Positions 29,141 through 37,500 of a DNA stretch of 64,000 nt are shown here, one piece after another; within the stretch, counting starts at the first letter, position 1, and each line of letters opens with the position of its first letter. The stretch is from positions 211,496 through 275,495 of the forward strand of contig DMZH01000002.1 in NCBI GenBank assembly GCA_003484955.1. The letters run 5' to 3'. The position numbers and the translations under genes are program-made. The notes below the pieces were generated by a model, which had not been told where the DNA came from, made no database searches, and saw only the letters and a program-made list of their open reading frames with translations. The DNA is from Candidatus Woesebacteria bacterium (lineage in GTDB: Bacteria; Patescibacteriota; Microgenomatia; UBA8517).

Positions 29141-29458
29141 ATGGCAAAAGAAGCAACCAAGTCCCCACACAAAAAAGAATTTTACATAAAATGCGCCGAA
29201 CTTTTTAAGATCATGTCGAATCCCAAAAGACTTGAAATTCTAAATATAATCAAGGACAGGGAGGTAACAGTAAATGAAATTTCAAAAATTCTGGGAACCA
29301 GAAAATCGAACACCTCTCAACACCTTGCGTATTTGAGATACACGGGAATCGTGACTGCTAAAAGAAATGGCAAAAATATTTTTTACAAATTGGTGGATCC
29401 AAAAATTATTGACTCGTGTAAGATTCTCAGTGAAATCAAAATCAACAAATACCTCTAA
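29141..29458 (+). CDS. ArsR/SmtB-family HTH transcriptional regulator
   Basis: Winged-HTH signature (LEILNIIKDREVTVNEISKILGTRKSNTSQHLAYLRYTGIV). Confidence 0.75.
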   Translation: MAKEATKSPHKKEFYIKCAELFKIMSNPKRLEILNIIKDREVTVNEISKILGTRKSNTSQHLAYLRYTGIVTAKRNGKNIFYKLVDPKIIDSCKILSEIKINKYL

Positions 29459-29468
29459 AACTCCAAAG

Positions 29469-29540
29469 TGCCCTTAGAAAGAATCGAACTTTCATTTCAC
29501 CCTTAGAAGGGGCGCGCTCTATCCGTTGAGCTATAAGGGC
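29469..29540 (-). tRNA. tRNA-Arg (TCT)
   Basis: Acceptor GCCCTTA/TAAGGGC, anticodon loop CTTCTAA. Confidence 0.8.
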
Positions 29541-29541
29541 T

Positions 29542-29616
29542 TGGAGCGGCGGACGAGAATTGGACTCGCTACTTTCTCCTTGGCAAGGAGACGTTCTACC
29601 GATGAACTACCGCCGC
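29542..29616 (-). tRNA. tRNA-Gly (GCC), CCA encoded
   Basis: Acceptor GCGGCGG/CCGCCGC, anticodon loop TTGCCAA, 3' TCCA. Confidence 0.85.
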
Positions 29617-29930
29617 AAGTATTTTCTACAGGCTTAATTCTACAACAAACGGGTTTAAAACTCTAGCTGGAACAACTTACTTTCTTCCGGATACAATGAT
29701 GCAGTGTTAATGGAAATTCTTTTTTAAAGAAGAGCTTTTAGAAGTGCCTCACGAATATTTTTGCCGGCAAACCAGCTTTTAAGGAAAACTATCGCATGTT
29801 TATTTTTGTTCAACTCCTGAAGATAATACTTGTCCACATGTCCGCCTTTTTTAAACAAGATGTTCGCAAGTTCTTTTATTGAAAATTTGGTATAGATAGT
29901 TTAATTATACCATCTTCGTAGAACTATATG

Positions 29931-30003
29931 TGCTGAGACCAGGAGTCGAACCTGGATAGCTTGTTCTTCAGACAAGTGCCTTGACCACCTTGGCTATCTC
30001 AGC
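29931..30003 (-). tRNA. tRNA-Phe (GAA)
   Basis: Acceptor GCTGAGA/TCTCAGC, anticodon loop CTGAAGA (G at position 37), T-arm CCAGG/TTCGACT/CCTGG. Confidence 0.8.
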
Positions 30004-30075
30004 ATGAACAAAGTGAGTGCGGAGAAAACGTTCTGCACGAAGTGCGGGTTGTTATCTCGGCACACTCTACTTCAG

Positions 30076-30149
30076 TGGTCGCTGAGGGATTCGAACCCCC
30101 GACCTTCTCGATGTAAACGAGACGCTCTAACCAACTGAGCCAAGCGACC
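30076..30149 (-). tRNA. tRNA-Val (TAC)
   Basis: Acceptor GGTCGCT/AGCGACC, anticodon loop TTTACAT. Confidence 0.85.
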
Positions 30150-30154
30150 TTGTG

Positions 30155-30235
30155 TGCACTCGGAGAGACTCGAACTCTCACGCCTTTCGGCATAGCTCCT
30201 TAGGCTACCGCGTATACCAATTCCGCCACGAGTGC
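30155..30235 (-). tRNA. tRNA-Leu with apparent anticodon AAG (A34), type II
   Basis: Acceptor GCACTCG/CGAGTGC, anticodon stem GTAGC/GCTAT with loop CTAAGGA, long variable arm, discriminator A. Confidence 0.7.
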
Positions 30236-30250
30236 TTGCCAACTCCCGAG

Positions 30251-30334
30251 TGCCAAGGGCGGGACTTGAACCCGCACGCTCTTTCGAGCACACGCTCCTG
30301 AAGCGTGCCTGTCTACCAATTTCAGCACCTCGGC
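30251..30334 (-). tRNA. tRNA-Leu (CAG), type II
   Basis: Acceptor GCCGAGG/CCTTGGC (one G-U pair), anticodon stem CACGC/GCGTG with loop TTCAGGA, long variable arm. Confidence 0.85.
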
Positions 30335-30387
30335 AAACTTAGCTCGCCAATTATACCAGGATTCAAGATCGCTTAGCAATTCATTGT

Positions 30388-31122
30388 GTGCGTGAATTGA
30401 ACGCTGGTATATCGTTTTTCTTGAAACGTCGTATCAAGATCTCCACAAACTTGACAGATTGTCTACACTTGTGGCATCCTGATTTGGTGGAAAGGTCTAT
30501 ATTAAATAGGGAAGAGAGCTTCGGATTCTGGAAAAATATCATTTTTGTAGCCGTATTTTTTGTCATCACGCCTGTTACGATTGGAGTCAGCCTATTCTCA
30601 CTTTTTTCGTTAAAGAAAAATGAGGTTGTTGAGAAAAAATTTAACACCACAAATTTAATCGTTTCACCCAAATCCGGAGTTAGTGTCTACGCGTCACTTC
30701 CCGGAAACGTTCCTACTGTTTCGTCCTCAATTGAGTACGCCGATGCCAGACCCCAAATTATCAAAAATTATCTTGAATCATACAATTCTCCACTTACTCC
30801 CTACGCAAATCTGATCGTAGAAACAGCCGACGAATATTCCATAGATTTCCGTTTAATAACAGCCATATCCCAACAAGAAAGCAATCTCTGTAAAATCATT
30901 CCACCCGGATCTTACAACTGTTGGGGTTGGGGAATAACCAGTGTGGGTTCGTTGGGTTTTGACTCGTTTGCCGACGGAATAGAAACTGTTTCAAAAGGTC
31001 TCCGCCAAAACTATTTGAACAAAGGTTATTCAACAGTTGATGAAATTATGTCCAAATATACACCCCAAAGTAATGGCTCCTGGGCGTATGGCGTAAATTC
31101 TTTCATGGACCAAATGGAGTAA
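30388..31122 (+). CDS. Membrane-anchored SLT-domain (lytic transglycosylase-like) protein
   Basis: N-terminal TM helices. C-terminal domain with ITAISQQESN (catalytic Glu-Ser) and YNCWGWGI. Paralogous to 31304..31840. Confidence 0.55.
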   Translation: MRELNAGISFFLKRRIKISTNLTDCLHLWHPDLVERSILNREESFGFWKNIIFVAVFFVITPVTIGVSLFSLFSLKKNEVVEKKFNTTNLIVSPKSGVSVYASLPGNVPTVSSSIEYADARPQIIKNYLESYNSPLTPYANLIVETADEYSIDFRLITAISQQESNLCKIIPPGSYNCWGWGITSVGSLGFDSFADGIETVSKGLRQNYLNKGYSTVDEIMSKYTPQSNGSWAYGVNSFMDQME

Positions 31123-31180
31123 CTTTACAATCCTGCGTTCGTAGAATGAGGATTAACTATATTCATATATATCCCCAAAC

Positions 31181-31209
31181 TTGACAATCCTATAATCTCA
31201 TGCTATAGT
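31181..31209 (+). promoter_or_regulatory. Near-consensus sigma70-type promoter (TTGACA-N17-TATAGT)
   Basis: -35 TTGACA at 31181-31186, 17-nt spacer, -10 TATAGT at 31204-31209. Confidence 0.45.
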
Positions 31210-31215
31210 ATTCCT

Positions 31216-31300
31216 ACATTCCGAGGCTTAGGCATGGAAACATGACTTCGGCGTTGGGATTATATTTGGGGGGTACCGTAAGGTATCCCCCTTCTTTTTT
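31216..31300 (+). ncRNA. Candidate small RNA or terminated leader (promoter plus about 85-nt transcript plus intrinsic terminator)
   Basis: A 10-bp GC-rich hairpin (GGGGGGTACC GTAA GGTATCCCCC, 31268-31291) is followed by TTCTTTTTT. It lies about 55 nt downstream of the promoter and only 4 nt before the next ATG. Confidence 0.35.
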
Positions 31301-31303
31301 ACT

Positions 31304-31840
31304 ATGCCGTTAATCATGAGAAAAATAACTACAATCTTGGTAGCCTTAATCGTACTGATCCTTTCAAGTGCGAGGAGAACCTATGCTCAAACCGTTTCAG
31401 TTCAGTCTGCAATACTCAATAGCGGAACCGACGATACCGGTTTTGATTATCGTGTAGAAAACTTAAGAAAATTTTTGATAAAGTACAACTCTCCTTTAGT
31501 TGATTATGCCGATGAATTTGTAGCCTATGCTGATGAAAATGACATCGATTATAGACTCGTTCCCGCAATTACCGGTGTTGAATCAACATTTGGAAAACGT
31601 ATTCCGAAAGACTCCTACAACGCCTATGGTTGGGCCAATGGAAATTATAAATTTAGCTCATGGGAGGACTCTATCGGGCATGTTTCCGAAACCTTGAAAA
31701 GAGCCTATATTGACCGTGGTGTTGTCTCAATTTACCAAATCGCAAAAGTTTATGCGCCCCCTTCAAACACGTGGGGTAGAAATGTTACGTTCTTCGTGTC
31801 AAAAATAGACACACTACCACTCGATTTTGATATAATCTAA
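31304..31840 (+). CDS. Secreted SLT-domain (lytic transglycosylase-like) protein, paralog of 30388..31122
   Basis: Signal peptide and AITGVESTFG / YNAYGWANG motifs aligned with the paralog. Confidence 0.55.
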   Translation: MPLIMRKITTILVALIVLILSSARRTYAQTVSVQSAILNSGTDDTGFDYRVENLRKFLIKYNSPLVDYADEFVAYADENDIDYRLVPAITGVESTFGKRIPKDSYNAYGWANGNYKFSSWEDSIGHVSETLKRAYIDRGVVSIYQIAKVYAPPSNTWGRNVTFFVSKIDTLPLDFDII

Positions 31841-31847
31841 CCGATGA

Positions 31848-31931
31848 GCCGGGGTGGTGAAACGGTATACACGCTAGGTTTAGGACCTAGTGCCCCTTAA
31901 AGGCGTGCAGGTTCAATTCCTGTCCCCGGCA
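31848..31931 (+). tRNA. tRNA-Leu (TAG), type II
   Basis: Acceptor GCCGGGG/CCCCGGC, anticodon stem CTAGG/CCTAG with loop TTTAGGA, long variable arm. Confidence 0.85.
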
Positions 31932-31961
31932 CATAAATAATTAATTGTGCTAATATAAGCT

Positions 31962-32090
31962 ATGGAGATTGACAAGCTTCATATTCAAAAAAACCGCCGA
32001 TCCTCCGCAAAAAACATATTCTTTATGATAATTCCCATCATGGTCTTTTTAGCCACTTTTGCCATACTTATCAGGATTTTAAAACAATGA
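31962..32090 (+). CDS. Candidate 42-aa small membrane peptide, stop overlapping the DUF192 start (ATGA)
   Basis: The ORF (MEIDKLHIQKNRRSSAKNIFFMIIPIMVFLATFAILIRILKQ) has one TM helix. Its TGA shares nucleotides with the ATG of the next gene. Confidence 0.3.
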   Translation: MEIDKLHIQKNRRSSAKNIFFMIIPIMVFLATFAILIRILKQ

Positions 32091-32581
32091 AGAAGCTTTT
32101 TATTCCTTTTATAGCTGCAGCCGTTTTTATTGTAGCCGTCGGAATTCTACTGCAAAAGACCTCTGTTTTGAACCCGACTCAGCCGAAAGAATCTTCCCAG
32201 GCAGTGCCTGCCGTCACTATTAACGGAAATATTATTCTGGTTGAGGTTGCCAAAAATTCTCAGGAAAGAGCAAAGGGTCTTTCGGGCAGGGCTTCGCTTG
32301 ACGCCGGTTCGGGCATGCTTTTTATTTTTGAGGGGAAGAGTGAAACTACAACTTTTTGGATGAAAGGAATGTCTATCCCCTTAGATATAATCTGGATTCA
32401 AGACGCCAAAATTATAAGAATTGATAAAAATGTTCCTATTCCAGCTCCCGAAACACCCGACAATAAGCTTAAAACCTATTCTGCCGGAGTTGCTGTTGAC
32501 TACGTCTTGGAGGTAAATGCCGGTTTTTCCGACTCCAATTCAATCAAAATAGGGGACAGTGTTAGTATTTCGGGAATCTAA
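32087..32581 (+). CDS. DUF192-domain secreted or membrane protein
   Basis: N-terminal TM/signal. Core motif (MLFIFEGKSETTTFWMKGMSIPLDIIWI) as in DUF192/COG1430. Confidence 0.6.
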   Translation: MKKLFIPFIAAAVFIVAVGILLQKTSVLNPTQPKESSQAVPAVTINGNIILVEVAKNSQERAKGLSGRASLDAGSGMLFIFEGKSETTTFWMKGMSIPLDIIWIQDAKIIRIDKNVPIPAPETPDNKLKTYSAGVAVDYVLEVNAGFSDSNSIKIGDSVSISGI

Positions 32582-32590
32582 AGCCGGACG

Positions 32591-33616
32591 GTGCACATTA
32601 TGAAGAAAACAATCCTTTATATTTTGATCCCGATTGTTTTTATTTTGATTGGATGGTTTGCCAATACTGCATACCATCTACCCAAAGATTCGAATCCGAT
32701 TGCTCAGATAAAACCTACTCCACTCCTGAAATACACTATCGAAAATTTATCCAACACGGATTTTAAGGCGTCGAGAATTGAAATAGGCGAGATCCTTTCG
32801 GAATCCGACAAATTCACCTCGTATAAATACAGCATGAAATTCAATCTTGGTTTTTCAGAAAATGTTAAAAGTGTATCCGGAATGATAAATATTCCCAAAG
32901 GTAACGGGCCATTTCCCGTAATAGTAATGTTCCGGGGATTTGTTGATCAAAAAATATATACGACAGGTATCGGAACTAAGCCTTCAGCAAAAGTTTTTGC
33001 AGAAAACGGTTTCATAACTGTAGCACCTGATTTTTTGGGTTATGCAGATAGCGATAAGGAAGCCTCGGATATTTTTGAATCACGCTTCCAAACATATATT
33101 ACAGCGGCAGTTACATTAAAATCCGTATCAGACCCAGCCTTCACCCAGACTACGGCAGGCAAGTGGGACGGGAAAAATATTTTTATTTGGGGACACAGTA
33201 ATGGCGGCCAAATCGCACTAACCACACTTGAAATCATGGGGACCAATTATCCTACGGTTCTTTGGGCTCCTGTAGGTCGTCCCTTTCCGGCATCAATCCT
33301 TTATTATATAGACGAGGCAGACGACGGAGGAAAGCTTATTATCGGAAAACTCTCCGAATTTAACGAGACCTATGATACAGAAAAATACTCCCTAACAAAT
33401 TACCTGGACAAAATTAAGGCCCCAATTCAAATAAACCAGGGAACGAGAGATATGGCTGTGCCATATTGGTGGAGTGATCAACTTGTAGCAAAGCTTAAAA
33501 AAGATGCCATCGACATAACTTATAAAAAATATCCCGGGGCAGACCACAATTTGGTACCATCCTGGAATACTGCGGTAGAAAATTCATTACTTTTCTTTAA
33601 CTCACACAAAGAGTAA
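32591..33616 (+). CDS. Alpha/beta hydrolase (dienelactone hydrolase / S9 peptidase-like)
   Basis: N-terminal anchor, nucleophile elbow GHSNGG, and candidate acid/His downstream (GADHN). Confidence 0.6.
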   Translation: MHIMKKTILYILIPIVFILIGWFANTAYHLPKDSNPIAQIKPTPLLKYTIENLSNTDFKASRIEIGEILSESDKFTSYKYSMKFNLGFSENVKSVSGMINIPKGNGPFPVIVMFRGFVDQKIYTTGIGTKPSAKVFAENGFITVAPDFLGYADSDKEASDIFESRFQTYITAAVTLKSVSDPAFTQTTAGKWDGKNIFIWGHSNGGQIALTTLEIMGTNYPTVLWAPVGRPFPASILYYIDEADDGGKLIIGKLSEFNETYDTEKYSLTNYLDKIKAPIQINQGTRDMAVPYWWSDQLVAKLKKDAIDITYKKYPGADHNLVPSWNTAVENSLLFFNSHKE

Positions 33617-33628
33617 AATCCGAACATT

Positions 33629-34108
33629 ATGACTCTCGAACGGGGTGGATTCTATACTAAAAATGACAGATACAGGGACGCTAGGCTTAATGCCATGCTT
33701 GACGCGTATTCGGCCGGCAGAACAAGCACTCAGGAGCTGGAAAATGCAGCGGGAATAGCCATGCGTAAAATCGCCGCCAAAACCGGATTCGATTCGGAAA
33801 AAAGATTCACAAAATTCGCTCTACACTCGGAGCAAATAAAATCCGTAACGAAATCATCCATAAATGACGATGCCTACAAAGGTATCGACAACTGGGTTTC
33901 ATTTAACGAAAGATTAAACATGCCGACATTACCGGTACAAATAAAAAGTTCCGACGGTGGGGTTAGGGAATTCAGAAAAACAAAACAGTACAAAAACCTG
34001 AATGAGATGGTGATTGTAATCAATTGCGGGCCGAGAGTTACCAAAAAGAAATTTTGTAAACAACTCTACTCGGAGACAGGAAGGATCCGAAAAATACTCA
34101 ACAAATAA
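33629..34108 (+). CDS. Hypothetical protein (159 aa)
   Basis: ORF with coding-like composition and no recognizable motif. Confidence 0.45.
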   Translation: MTLERGGFYTKNDRYRDARLNAMLDAYSAGRTSTQELENAAGIAMRKIAAKTGFDSEKRFTKFALHSEQIKSVTKSSINDDAYKGIDNWVSFNERLNMPTLPVQIKSSDGGVREFRKTKQYKNLNEMVIVINCGPRVTKKKFCKQLYSETGRIRKILNK

Positions 34109-34181
34109 AGATAGTCGACTCTTTCAAAATCCGCTAGTAAAAGCTTTTTTATACTACTATCTTTGAAACTTTAGGCTCAGC

Positions 34182-34442
34182 TTACTGCCTTGGTTCCATG
34201 GGTCTGGCAACGTTGACATTAAGCTTACGGCCTTTAAGGTCGTATTGATTAAATTTCTCAACGGCTGTTTGTGCTTCTGCATCACTTCCCATGGTTACGA
34301 ATCCGAAACCACGGCTTCTACCAGTCATTCTGTCTGTTATAACAGCAGCATCGACGACTGAACCTGCACCTGCAAAAAGAGCTTTAAGATCTTCAACGGT
34401 CACTTCCCACGCTAAATTACCAACAAATAATTTGGATTGCAT
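34182..34442 (-). CDS. RRM-type RNA-binding protein
   Basis: RNP-2 (LFVGNL) and RNP-1 (RGFGFVTM) motifs. 86 aa. Confidence 0.8.
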   Translation of the reverse strand: MQSKLFVGNLAWEVTVEDLKALFAGAGSVVDAAVITDRMTGRSRGFGFVTMGSDAEAQTAVEKFNQYDLKGRKLNVNVARPMEPRQ

Positions 34443-34559
34443 TTAATTTTAAATTTTCACCTCCCTTTAAAGAAGTCTGAACAAAGGCGGAGCTTGATAC
34501 TATCGAAGCCTCACTGTCCCTTGAAAACTCTGTGTATAGTATATAATAATTGTTGCAAT

Positions 34560-34760
34560 ATGGCAAATAATGACACAAAAAAACAAAACCTGCCTGCCAG
34601 TAGGGAGGTTCCAAAAATACCCACGCTGAATTTCGGCTATAAAAAACCGTCAATGTTTTTTGGAAATAAAGGTTTTGTTCCCAAAGGAAACACTAAAGTG
34701 AAGATTAATCAGGCTACTTTCCACACCCAGCACAAGGGCGGACCCTCGGGGGGAAAATAG
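34560..34760 (+). CDS. Candidate small basic protein (about 66 aa)
   Basis: An internal ATG in ORF 34437..34760 is preceded by a TATAAT-like element. Lys-rich sequence. Weak evidence. Confidence 0.2.
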   Translation: MANNDTKKQNLPASREVPKIPTLNFGYKKPSMFFGNKGFVPKGNTKVKINQATFHTQHKGGPSGGK

Positions 34761-34806
34761 GCTTTCCCTAATTTACAATTTTCAATTTACAATCTACAAT
34801 TGCAGC

Positions 34807-35709
34807 ATGTCAGATCAAAGATCCCCTTCAGGGGACAAAGTTTCATCTGTTGTTGCCAGAGAAAGCAATGGAAACATTCAAATTACTTTTACCATCCCTT
34901 ATTCGGAAATTAAGGCCACAAAAGAGGAGGTAATTAAAGAGTTTGCAAAAGATACCGAAATTCCCGGATTCAGAAAAGGCATGGCGCCTCTCCCTAAAGT
35001 TGCCGCCAAAATTCCGGAAAGCACCCTCATTGAGCATTCATTAAGCCATATTTTACCTAAAGCACTTGCCGATGCCGTTACCGACAACAAACTTCAAATT
35101 GCAATTTATCCCAAGTTTGAACTTATAAGCGCTAAGGAAGATGAACCTTGGCAAATCAGAGGAACTACTTGTGAACTCCCGCAAATCGAACTTGGAGATT
35201 ACAAAAAAGTTGTCACAGGAGCATCACGTGCATCAAGTCTTTGGACACCCGACAAAGGAAAGCCGGAAGAGAAAAAGGAGCCTTCCCACGAACAAAAAGA
35301 ACAGATCGTTATCAAAGCTCTGCTTGATAGCGTTAAAGTAGACGTCCCGCAAATTTTGATTGAAGAGGAAGCCGATAGCCGCCTATCGAATCTTTTATCC
35401 CGTCTTGAAAAACTTGGTCTGGCTCTTGAAAACTATCTTTCATCAATAGGCAAAAAGGCGGAGGACTTAAGGGCGGACTATGCCAAACAGGCAAAAGAGG
35501 CCATTACCCTCGACCTGACTTTAACTAAAATTTCCGAGGCGGAAAATCTTAAAATCGATCAAAAAGAGGTTGATGCGGCTTTTAATATGTCTCAAATCGA
35601 CAAGAAAAAGGGGGAAAGTAATCCCGAGGAAACCGAAAACAGAAAAAGACTTTTGGAATCAATTTTGAGGCGTCGTGCTGCACTGGATTTATTGATTAAC
35701 TTGAGTTAA
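34807..35709 (+). CDS. tig: Trigger factor, short form lacking the central PPIase domain
   Basis: N-terminal ribosome-binding domain with a GFRKG signature (EIPGFRKGMAPL). The C-terminal arm domain is present. 300 aa versus about 430 normally. Confidence 0.7.
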   Translation: MSDQRSPSGDKVSSVVARESNGNIQITFTIPYSEIKATKEEVIKEFAKDTEIPGFRKGMAPLPKVAAKIPESTLIEHSLSHILPKALADAVTDNKLQIAIYPKFELISAKEDEPWQIRGTTCELPQIELGDYKKVVTGASRASSLWTPDKGKPEEKKEPSHEQKEQIVIKALLDSVKVDVPQILIEEEADSRLSNLLSRLEKLGLALENYLSSIGKKAEDLRADYAKQAKEAITLDLTLTKISEAENLKIDQKEVDAAFNMSQIDKKKGESNPEETENRKRLLESILRRRAALDLLINLS

Positions 35710-35721
35710 ACTCGTGTCCCA

Positions 35722-36351
35722 ATGGCAGATCAAAAAAAGAAAAGCCAAACGATAATTACACGCCAAAATGTTCTTGAATCCTTAAAGGACCTGGGCAGCG
35801 GTACTTCAGTCCAGACGAAAGACTTTCTGAAAAATACTTCTGAAGATTTTTTTCGTGAACTTTTAGGTTTATCGGGACAGGGTGTCAAAAAATCCGGCGA
35901 GCTTTCCGCAGGCGAAACTCTTCAAGTTAGCGATGTTATAAGCGGGAAGGAAGAAGAGAACAAAAAAATCAGATCTCAAATCAACCACGAAAGACAGCTT
36001 TCCGGCGAAGAAAAAAGAATCTCTCAAGAAAAAACCTCTGAACTTAAAATTGAACTCCAAGCTATCATGCAGGAAATTCAAAAAGTGGCGGAGAGTACGG
36101 AAAACCTGGCTGAAGCAACAGAGGCCAGTATGATTTCCGCTCCCGTCGAACCCGGAATCTATCACGTTCACTTTTTTGAAAGCATATTAGAGTTTTTGCG
36201 GTCATTTAGAAAAAGAATTGATTTAGCGGCTACCTGGCTCCATAGTTCCAATAAACGCGCAGAGAAGAAAAATTATTGGTCAATGTATAAAAAGAAGGGG
36301 AGTAGTTTCCTTCTATCACCGGATCACTATCTTTCAAGATCGGCGGGATAA
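35722..36351 (+). CDS. Hypothetical coiled-coil protein
   Basis: Charged, heptad-rich ORF. Confidence 0.45.
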   Translation: MADQKKKSQTIITRQNVLESLKDLGSGTSVQTKDFLKNTSEDFFRELLGLSGQGVKKSGELSAGETLQVSDVISGKEEENKKIRSQINHERQLSGEEKRISQEKTSELKIELQAIMQEIQKVAESTENLAEATEASMISAPVEPGIYHVHFFESILEFLRSFRKRIDLAATWLHSSNKRAEKKNYWSMYKKKGSSFLLSPDHYLSRSAG

Positions 36352-36410
36352 TTTTATAACTTGGTTTCCAATTTAGGCTTGTTTGAGTTATAATTTGTGT
36401 TATTCAACAG

Positions 36411-36484
36411 GGACTCGTAGCTCAGTTGGTTAGAGCGTTTCATTGACATTGAAAAGGTCCCCCGTTCGAGCCGGGGCGAGTCCA
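36411..36484 (+). tRNA. tRNA-Val (GAC)
   Basis: Acceptor GGACTCG/CGAGTCC, anticodon stem TTTCA/TGAAA with loop TTGACAT. Confidence 0.85.
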
Positions 36485-36534
36485 CAAAATAGAAAAATCT
36501 TGACTTTTGTCCTTAAAAAACTGATACTTAAACT

Positions 36535-36873
36535 GTGAGATTAATAATCAGACTTGCTATTAACGTTGCTGCACTTTTCATTGTTGAGTATTTAGTTCCC
36601 GGATTCCGCTTAGCAGATCTAACCACAGCCATCGTAGCTGCGATTGTCATTGGTATTGTAAACACTCTGATCCGCCCGATTTTGCAGCTAATTGCTCTTC
36701 CTATTTCAATATTAACTTTCGGAATAGCGGCATTTCTTATTAACGTTTTTCTGCTTTGGTTAAGTTCAAGGTTGGTTCCCGGTTTCGAGATTGCCAACTT
36801 CTGGACAGCAATAGTTGCCTCGGTTGTTCTTTCACTGGTCTCCTGGTTTCTGAATAGGCTTGCTACAGACTAA
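36535..36873 (+). CDS. DUF360 / phage-holin-4 (YvlD-like) family membrane protein, second paralog
   Basis: Four TM helices with VPGFRL and VPGFEI motifs. Similar to 5103..5507. Confidence 0.55.
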   Translation: MRLIIRLAINVAALFIVEYLVPGFRLADLTTAIVAAIVIGIVNTLIRPILQLIALPISILTFGIAAFLINVFLLWLSSRLVPGFEIANFWTAIVASVVLSLVSWFLNRLATD

Positions 36874-36880
36874 GGGTATT

Positions 36881-37162
36881 TTAATTTAAATTGTCTTTTC
36901 CCGTTTGAATCTTGCCGTCCGTCATTGCCAAAAGCTTGCCCAACTCATTTACTAGTTTTTTGGCGTGCTCTCTGCTCATCCCAACTCTACTTACAATCCT
37001 GACTTGGTTGGTAGACCCGACTCTTTGTGCTATATCCAAAACCACACCGTCAGAGTTTGTTGTCATCAAAACATTATCCGTATAAAGAATCGGTGTTGAA
37101 TCCAAATTAAGGTTAACCTGCTGAGCATTTTTTTGATTTTTTTCTTTTTGGTCGTCCATCAA
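36881..37162 (-). CDS. Hypothetical small protein (93 aa)
   Basis: ORF convergent with the upstream gene. Hydrophilic. Confidence 0.45.
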   Translation of the reverse strand: MMDDQKEKNQKNAQQVNLNLDSTPILYTDNVLMTTNSDGVVLDIAQRVGSTNQVRIVSRVGMSREHAKKLVNELGKLLAMTDGKIQTGKDNLN

Positions 37163-37467
37163 TGTTCACCCTCTTTCCATTTGTTATACCCTGAAAATTA
37201 AATCTTGACCATAGGCTATTAAGTTTGTCCAACTATCCTTTAAGCGTTTTTTAAGTTTAATGCTTTATAGTGGTTATTAGTTAGAAAGGAGGGCACATCA
37301 AAAAATGTGGCACACTTTAAAAGAAAGTGTAAGCCAACGAAACTTATGAAATAATATCTTTTTTGACTATTTGCTAGCCCAAATTCGATCTCAATTAATT
37401 TATATCGATTGAAATTTTGGCAAGCATAAATAAGTACAAACAGAATTATTCAAGTTTCAAAGTTGGG

Positions 37468-37500
37468 GCAACTCCCGCAGTCTTGCGGGGGTTGCTTTTT
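37468..37500 (+). terminator. Strong intrinsic terminator on the plus strand (12-bp stem, GTCT loop, TTTTT)
   Basis: GCAACTCCCGCA GTCT TGCGGGGGTTGC followed by TTTTTAATT. No annotated plus-strand gene lies upstream within 590 nt. Confidence 0.6.

Noticed and set aside
29617-29930. Gene-free 314-nt gap between tRNA-Gly(GCC) and tRNA-Phe containing a start-less minus-strand frame (…LFKKGGHVDKYYLQELNKNKHAIVFLKSWFAGKNIREALLKALL)
   Set aside because: There is no ATG, it is about 45 aa long and has no recognizable family. It is probably a decayed remnant. It is mentioned only in the tRNA-array finding.
29999-30293. ORFs 29999..30193 and 30072..30293 on the minus strand
   Set aside because: They lie entirely within the Phe/Val/Leu/Leu tRNA array and are artifactual.
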